Assembly (NCBI GenBank): GCA_964354545.1
Contig: CAYHAE010000006.1
Location: forward strand, 10,975-74,974
Origin: an uncultured Planctomycetia bacterium
GTDB taxonomy: Bacteria > Omnitrophota > Gorgyraeia > 2-01-FULL-45-10 > JAHFGN01
Reading direction: 5' to 3'
DNA: 64,000 nucleotides
Positions 59,091 through 64,000 of this stretch are shown here, piece by piece. The stretch's first letter is position 1; every line of letters begins with the position of its first letter. Made by a program: the position numbers and the translations under genes. The notes beneath the pieces are model-generated. The model had not been told where the DNA came from. It saw only the letters and a program-made list of their open reading frames with translations, and did no database searches.

Positions 59091-59528
59091 CTACTCCTCC
59101 TTCGCCTCTTCAACGGCCGCGCCCCCCGTATCGATCCCGGCCGGACCTTCAGCACCGGCGCCGGGGACCGCGGGCGACGGCGGCTGGGGCGGAGGGCCTA
59201 TGATGATCCCCTGGATGAGTTTTCCCGCTATGTTGCAGCAGGCGATGACGTCGAGCCGGTCTCCATCCTTCAGCGAGGGGATGAGATAGACCGCGCGCTG
59301 TTCGTTACCGGTCTGGAGCGAAAAACGCTGCTCGATGGTGCGCTGTCCGTTGAGCCTCACCTCAACCCTGTCGATGTAGTGCGCCCTCGGGTCCTCGACG
59401 GGATGGGCGATGACGGTCTCGATGTGCGGCCCCACCACCTTCGATACGATCCTGACCGGCGGATGGGCGAAGGCGACGGCGGACGATGCGGCGAGGATCG
59501 CGGCGGCGAGGAGGAGGCGTCGCATCAT
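59091..59528 (-). CDS. Secreted protein with a SOR-like (desulfoferrodoxin Fe-binding-like) domain and a Pro/Ala/Gly-rich tail
   Basis: Signal peptide [21 protein letters not shown]; HPPVRIV...[19 protein letters not shown]...IACCNIAG aligns by eye to the SOR motifs HVP / PHP..HHIGWI / CNIHG, but with Ala in place of the last His. Confidence 0.4.
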   Translation of the reverse strand: MMRRLLLAAAILAASSAVAFAHPPVRIVSKVVGPHIETVIAHPVEDPRAHYIDRVEVRLNGQRTIEQRFSLQTGNEQRAVYLIPSLKDGDRLDVIACCNIAGKLIQGIIIGPPPQPPSPAVPGAGAEGPAGIDTGGAAVEEAKEE

Positions 59529-59758
59529 GGCCTCCCCTTCCTCATCTTCATCCCGACACGCCTGTAAAGAACGATGCCGAGGTGCAGCGCGGCGATGATA
59601 AACGTTGCGATACCCATAGACTTATGGAGACGGAAATTTATTCCGGTCAACCCCAGATAGAACGTCGCGGCCAGCAGGAGAAAAGCGATAGCGCCTGAAT
59701 AGATGATGAGGTTGTAAGGCTTCGTTATAGTCCGGAAAACCTCTTTAGGCTCTCTCAT
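59525..59758 (-). CDS. Small two-TM membrane protein (hypothetical)
   Basis: Two hydrophobic helices; 4-nt overlap with the upstream gene. Confidence 0.35.
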   Translation of the reverse strand: MREPKEVFRTITKPYNLIIYSGAIAFLLLAATFYLGLTGINFRLHKSMGIATFIIAALHLGIVLYRRVGMKMRKGRP

Positions 59759-60033
59759 TTAATACCTCCTGCATCTTCGGCCCGCGATCCCCGGCTTCGG
59801 GGCCTTGCGGGAGAAACCTCTCCTCAAACGTAGGGGCATCCTTCTTATACAATATCCCGAGCGCGATCCGCGCATCGTTATTATAATCCCACTCCCTTAT
59901 TTTGTCGAGCGCTCATCAATATACGGCGAGGATCGAACCTGATCTATCTATGCCTGAACCCGCCTTCCTTGTGATGAGGGTAGAGAAACCGCCCCCATCA
60001 GCCGCTACCTCGTTTCTATGCATCTCTCGGATG

Positions 60034-60225
60034 TTACTCCTCGATCGTTATCGCCGTCACCGGACACTCCTCTGTCGCCTTGCGGCACAGATCGTGGGCC
60101 GCCGCCGGCACTACCTTCACGGATACGACCGCTTTGTCGCCTTCCATACGGAATACTTCGGGACACGTGCCCGCGCACAGACCGCATCCTATGCAGAGCT
60201 CCGCATCGACTTTTGCTTTCATGTC
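60034..60225 (-). CDS. Small ferredoxin (single [4Fe-4S]/[3Fe-4S] cluster)
   Basis: CIGCGLCAGTCP...CP; start set at MKAKVDAEL with GGAGG 8 nt upstream. The ORF-track start 60309 is rejected. Confidence 0.7.
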   Translation of the reverse strand, partial: DMKAKVDAELCIGCGLCAGTCPEVFRMEGDKAVVSVKVVPAAAHDLCRKATEECPVTAITIEE

Positions 60226-60266
60226 GAACTGCCTCCTTTTAAAACCCTCTGACAAATACTTCTTCA

Positions 60267-60360
60267 ACGCAGATTTACGCGAATCAAACGCAGATAAACG
60301 CAGATTCATCTTCGAGAAGATCTGCGTAAATCCGCGTGCAATTTGCGAAAATCCGCGTTA
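60267..60360. promoter_or_regulatory. Cluster of direct and inverted ACGC(A/G)GAT(T/A)T repeats, including the palindrome ACGCAGAT-N14-ATCTGCGT, between rubredoxin and ferredoxin genes
   Basis: Read directly from the sequence: ...aacgcagatttacgcgaatcaaacgcagataaacgcagattcatcttcgagaagatctgcgtaaatccgcgtgcaatttgcgaaaatccgcg... Confidence 0.5.
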
Positions 60361-60370
60361 ATAACATCTT

Positions 60371-60529
60371 CTATACCTTCTCGAACTCCTCTTTGGGTGC
60401 GCCGCACTCGGGGCAGACCCAGCCATCGGGCAGGACATCAAACGCTGTCCCGGGCGGGACTCCATTATCGGGGTCACCTTTCGCCGGATCATAGATATAG
60501 CCGCATATCTTACACCGATACTTGTCCAT
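60371..60529 (-). CDS. rd: Rubredoxin (52 aa)
   Basis: Minus-strand translation: [52 protein letters not shown]. Classic CxxCG...CPxCG. Starts 2 nt after the CDF stop. Not in the ORF track because it is under 60 aa. Confidence 0.8.
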   Translation of the reverse strand: MDKYRCKICGYIYDPAKGDPDNGVPPGTAFDVLPDGWVCPECGAPKEEFEKV

Positions 60530-60531
60530 AG

Positions 60532-61425
60532 TCAGCGTGCCTCATTTCGGAGAAGACATTCGAATTGGATGTTCGTGTGGCCGATATGAAACCTGTCTCG
60601 CAGCAATGCGTTGATCTTCTCCAAGAGCTCATTCGCCTTGCTCACGTGGCAGTCCTCGATCACCACGTGGGCGGTGAGGGCGTACATCGACGTCGCGATG
60701 GTCCACGCGTGGACATGGTGTACTTCATGGATGCCGGCGATCTCTGATTTAAGGGCTACGATCATCGAATCGATGTCCAAATGCGCCGGCGTCGATTCCA
60801 GGAGGATGTTCGCGGAGTCGATGAGAAGCCGCCCTGCCCATATGATGATTAAAATGCAGATGAGGAACGAGAGTATGGGGTCAGCGATATAGTTCCTGGT
60901 GTAGAAGATGAAGACCCCGGCGCCCACGACCCCGATGCTGGAGACCATATCTCCTATCTCGTGGAGAAGTGCGCTGCGGATGTTGAGGTCGTGCGAACTC
61001 GCCTTGGCCAAGAGGACCGTGCTTATGCCGTTCACGACGAGGCCGAGCCCTGCCACGAGGAGCATCTCCCCGGTGTTGATCTTCTCCGGAGTGATAAACC
61101 TCAGGATCGCTTCATAGACGAGATAGGCGGATATATATATGAGCGCGATCCCGTTCACAAAAGCCGCGAGCACCTCAGAGCGGTAAAACCCGTAGGTCCT
61201 CTTCTTCGTCACCGGCCGGGTCGATATCAGTATGGCAAAATAGCTCATCCCGAGCGCGAAGAGGTGCGTGAGCATGTGCCAGGCATCGGAGATAAGAGCG
61301 AGGCTATTCGAGAGGTATCCTCCGACGAACTCTATCGCCATGCCCGCGCCGGTCAGAATGAGCGCGAGCTTCACGCGGGAGAGCTCATCAGCCTTATGGT
61401 CGTACCTATGGTGAGCAACGGTCAT
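60532..61425 (-). CDS. Cation diffusion facilitator (CzcD-like) transporter
   Basis: 6 TMs with HxxxD-type metal sites (SDAWHMLTH; HEIGD) and a C-terminal cytoplasmic domain. Confidence 0.85.
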   Translation of the reverse strand: MTVAHHRYDHKADELSRVKLALILTGAGMAIEFVGGYLSNSLALISDAWHMLTHLFALGMSYFAILISTRPVTKKRTYGFYRSEVLAAFVNGIALIYISAYLVYEAILRFITPEKINTGEMLLVAGLGLVVNGISTVLLAKASSHDLNIRSALLHEIGDMVSSIGVVGAGVFIFYTRNYIADPILSFLICILIIIWAGRLLIDSANILLESTPAHLDIDSMIVALKSEIAGIHEVHHVHAWTIATSMYALTAHVVIEDCHVSKANELLEKINALLRDRFHIGHTNIQFECLLRNEAR

Positions 61426-61474
61426 CGCGTATACTCCGTAAGAATTCTACACGTATGGTTCGTTCATGGTGTAC

Positions 61475-61726
61475 TCACTGTACCGCGATCACCGATCTCA
61501 CTTCCGGCACCTCTTTTTTGATGATCCTCTCGATGCCCATCTTGAGCGTCATCTGGCTCATCGGACACCCGCCGCAGGCGCCCGTAAGCCTTACCTTCAC
61601 CACGCCATCGGGACTTACGTCGACCAGTTCAACGCTGCCGCCGTCTGCCTGGAGAGACGGCCTTATCTTGTTCAATGCGCTTTCGACCTTTTCCTTCATG
61701 GTCTCCTCCCTATCTGCTTTTTTCAC
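61475..61726 (-). CDS. NifU-like (Nfu C-terminal domain) Fe-S assembly protein
   Basis: Motif CGGCPMS; 83 aa. Confidence 0.8.
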   Translation of the reverse strand: MKKADREETMKEKVESALNKIRPSLQADGGSVELVDVSPDGVVKVRLTGACGGCPMSQMTLKMGIERIIKKEVPEVRSVIAVQ

Positions 61727-62721
61727 CTTGCGACATCCTGCACTTCGTACAGGCCGGTTTGCTTTATCACGCCCCTCACCGCATCCGCAGAGCGTTTAAA
61801 TTGATCCTCTTCTTGGGCCGATAGCTCGAGCCTCAGGACCTCCCTTACGCCCGACCTGTTGACGACCGCGGGGAGGCTCAAATACATATCGCGTACACCC
61901 AAGTAGTCGTCGACCAATGACGACACCGGCAGAACGGCGTTCTCATCATTGATGACCGCCTGTGTTATCCGTACGAGGGCAAGTCCTATGCCGTACGACG
62001 TTTCCCCTTTTTTTTCGATGATGCGATACGCGGAATCCCTCACATCCGTGAATATCTTCTTGAGCTCCTCATCGCAACGGTGAGGGTGTTTATTCTCGCA
62101 TACATGACAGTAGTCGCTGAAAAGCACCCCCCCGATCATCGCCCTGCTCCAGACGGGAAACTCGCTGTCCCCATGTTCTCCCAGGATATAGGCGTGGACA
62201 TTATGAGGATCTATCCTGCAGTGCTGGCTCAATAGAAATCGAAACCGTGCGCTGTCCAGCACGGTCCCCGAGCCGATGACCTCGTTCGCGGGCTTTCCCG
62301 AAAATCTGTATGCGGCGTACGCGAGGATATCAACGGGGTTCGTGACAACCAAAAGGATGGCGCGAGGGGCACACCGGACGACCTCGGGGACGATCTTCCC
62401 GTAGAGTTCGATGTTCTCTTTTGCGAGATCGGTCCGTGACTGGCCGCTCTTTTGCTTCTTCCCGGCCGTGATCACCACGAGATCCGAACCCTTTATGTCG
62501 GGGTAATCTCCCGCCTCTATCTCGACAGGCGAGATATAGGGAGCGCCGTGGGAGAGGTCCATCACCTCCCCCTCAAGCCTCTCCCTGCCCACATCCACGA
62601 TGACAAGCTGGCGCACGATACCGCTCATTATCAGGGCATACGCATAGCGCATGCCTACGTTACCGCAGCCAATGATCGATACCTTTGGCTTCAAGTCGAT
62701 GGCCTCCGACATAATCCTCAC
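61723..62721 (-). CDS. ldh: L-lactate dehydrogenase (LDH/MDH superfamily)
   Basis: Rossmann motif IIGCGNVG, substrate loop [18 protein letters not shown], catalytic GEHGDS. Confidence 0.85.
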   Translation of the reverse strand: MRIMSEAIDLKPKVSIIGCGNVGMRYAYALIMSGIVRQLVIVDVGRERLEGEVMDLSHGAPYISPVEIEAGDYPDIKGSDLVVITAGKKQKSGQSRTDLAKENIELYGKIVPEVVRCAPRAILLVVTNPVDILAYAAYRFSGKPANEVIGSGTVLDSARFRFLLSQHCRIDPHNVHAYILGEHGDSEFPVWSRAMIGGVLFSDYCHVCENKHPHRCDEELKKIFTDVRDSAYRIIEKKGETSYGIGLALVRITQAVINDENAVLPVSSLVDDYLGVRDMYLSLPAVVNRSGVREVLRLELSAQEEDQFKRSADAVRGVIKQTGLYEVQDVAR

Positions 62722-63152
62722 CTGCTTCCGATATCTATAGCTCTATGGCGCCTCTTTGCCTATTTCACATTACGGGAATATTATATTATAACAAATGCAC
62801 CTTCGGAATAATATGATTATCTGCAAAGGTTTTTTTCGGGCCGGTCGCACGCATGAAGAGGTGTGGGCAGTTTAATGTCATGCCCGGGACTGAGCACTAC
62901 ACCCCTCTTTGCAATGGGCAACGGGCCTTAACATATAGCGGATCGTTACTCGTGCTCTCATTTTGATCTCCCCCCTTTCCTTAAGAAAAAGCCTTTGCAC
63001 ATGTCTCCTCGCTCGCCGGTTTACCCGTGAACCAGTCCCGCTTTGCGGGACGGTTCAGCCGTTCCGCTTGCGCAGCGGAACCCTTAAAAAGAAAGAGGCC
63101 TCGGCTGTTCCGCCGCAAGCGGATCCGCCTTCAGCGGAAAGGCCGCGGAGCT

Positions 63153-63407
63153 TCACGAGCGCTCTTTCCCTCCGGATCTGCTTTTCAAATACCTGTTGTA
63201 CACTTCATCCCCCACGCACTCCCTCGCATACGCGCACCAGTCGAGACAGCACTGTTCTCCCGGCCGAGTTACGATTTTTTTACACTTCGGACAGGTCGTT
63301 TGGAACTCATCGGTCCATATCTCGAGTTCTCCCTGGCAGAACCAGCACGTGATGGTCTCCGGCGTCGGCTGCTTAAACCGTTGGGCTCCCGGGCAATCGG
63401 AAATCAT
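63153..63407 (-). CDS. Small Cys-rich protein (zinc-ribbon-like, 8+ Cys in 84 aa)
   Basis: Cys pairs CWFC, CPKC, CCLDWC; 1-nt overlap with the upstream gene. Confidence 0.4.
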   Translation of the reverse strand: MISDCPGAQRFKQPTPETITCWFCQGELEIWTDEFQTTCPKCKKIVTRPGEQCCLDWCAYARECVGDEVYNRYLKSRSGGKERS

Positions 63408-63994
63408 TATAGGCGCTCTCCCCGTATGGTGATCGTTACCTCTTCGAACGGTATCTTTTTACCTGAGGCTGCGATCGCATGTTCGATCGCCTCTACCAGG
63501 CCAAAACAACACGGTACCTCCATGTGGGCATACGTAATGGTCCTTATGGAGTTATTCTTTACGATCTGGGCGATCCTCTCCTTATAGAATTCGATGTCGT
63601 CCAGTTTCGGACATCCCACGAGAAGGACCTTCCCTTTCAACAGCTCCTCATGGAAATTCGCATACGCAAAAGGGACACAGTCGGCTGCGATCAAAAGGTC
63701 CGAATCTTTGAAATAAGGGGCGCTCGGAGGGACCAGGGCAATTTGCACGGGCCACTGCCCTAGCCTCGACTTGGCGTTAACGGGGCCCTCTTTCCCCTCC
63801 CGGAGTTCTTCGCCCTCTTTCAGATCCAGCACTTTCGAGCCGGGGCATCCGGAAAAATCATGCCCGCGGTGACCGCCGCGCGCCCTCTCCTCAAAAGGGT
63901 TCTTTATCTTCTTCTCCTTCAAGAAATCCATCGCCTCCTTGAGCAGATCCGTCTGATTATGTTCCTTGAGGTGTTCGAGGTGCGCCCGTATCAC
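63407..63994 (-). CDS. Hypothetical Cys-containing protein (possible Fe-S/metal-binding; HMEVPCCFG motif)
   Basis: ORF with normal composition; translationally coupled to the small Cys-rich gene. Its start is near the window end. Confidence 0.4.
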   Translation of the reverse strand: MIRAHLEHLKEHNQTDLLKEAMDFLKEKKIKNPFEERARGGHRGHDFSGCPGSKVLDLKEGEELREGKEGPVNAKSRLGQWPVQIALVPPSAPYFKDSDLLIAADCVPFAYANFHEELLKGKVLLVGCPKLDDIEFYKERIAQIVKNNSIRTITYAHMEVPCCFGLVEAIEHAIAASGKKIPFEEVTITIRGERL

Positions 63995-64000
63995 GTTCGG

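Noticed and set aside
59902-60252. 116-aa plus-strand ORF
   Set aside because: Overlaps the ferredoxin gene antisense; no features.

Overview
This is a high-GC (~58-60%) segment of a bacterial chromosome, probably from an anaerobe; lineage is not determinable from sequence alone. I find about 80 protein-coding genes and every one is on the minus strand. In order through the window: a secretin with a short ExeA-like ATPase and a GspB/PilP-like partner; a PAS histidine kinase with a CheY-like receiver; an RluA pseudouridine synthase; a complete Bat-type MoxR/DUF58/VWA/TPR operon (moxR-DUF58-DUF4381-batABCDE); a NikR-controlled nickel uptake locus (nikR, a beta-barrel porin, ECF transporter NikM/L/Q/O) with a consensus NikR box; PtsN-like EIIA and UspA; a complete A/V-type ATPase operon (G/H-C-I-K-F-E-A-B-D); MFS, CNNM, TrkA-TrkA-TrkH, ExbBD, MarC, DUF47-PiT, DUF2934, GH57, GT2, two paralogous peptidoglycan-binding lipoproteins, a membrane-anchored bactofilin-like protein, an aminotransferase, Lrp, a DUF318 permease, ZIP, an M20 peptidase, MBL, AmmeMemoRadiSam radical SAM and a polyferredoxin; a large O2/ROS-detoxification island (TrxB, Grx, rubrerythrin-like, 1Fe-SOR, ferritin-like, a desulforedoxin-like mini-ORF, FprA, Hrb, a secreted SOR-like protein, ferredoxin, rubredoxin); and CDF, NifU, Ldh and two Cys-rich proteins. 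No rRNA, tRNA or CRISPR is evident. The non-coding space is unusually rich in repeated palindromic elements: a 3x59-bp tandem repeat upstream of the kinase operon, with an orphan core copy 36 kb away; a nested-inverted-repeat element present in two copies inside operons; a pair of ~140-190-bp multi-hairpin direct repeats 3' of small secreted-protein genes; and recurring 11-13-bp palindrome families. Two small redox genes, rubredoxin and a desulforedoxin-like ORF, are missing from the ORF track because they are under 60 aa. All product calls rest on motif recognition by eye; none has been confirmed by a database search.
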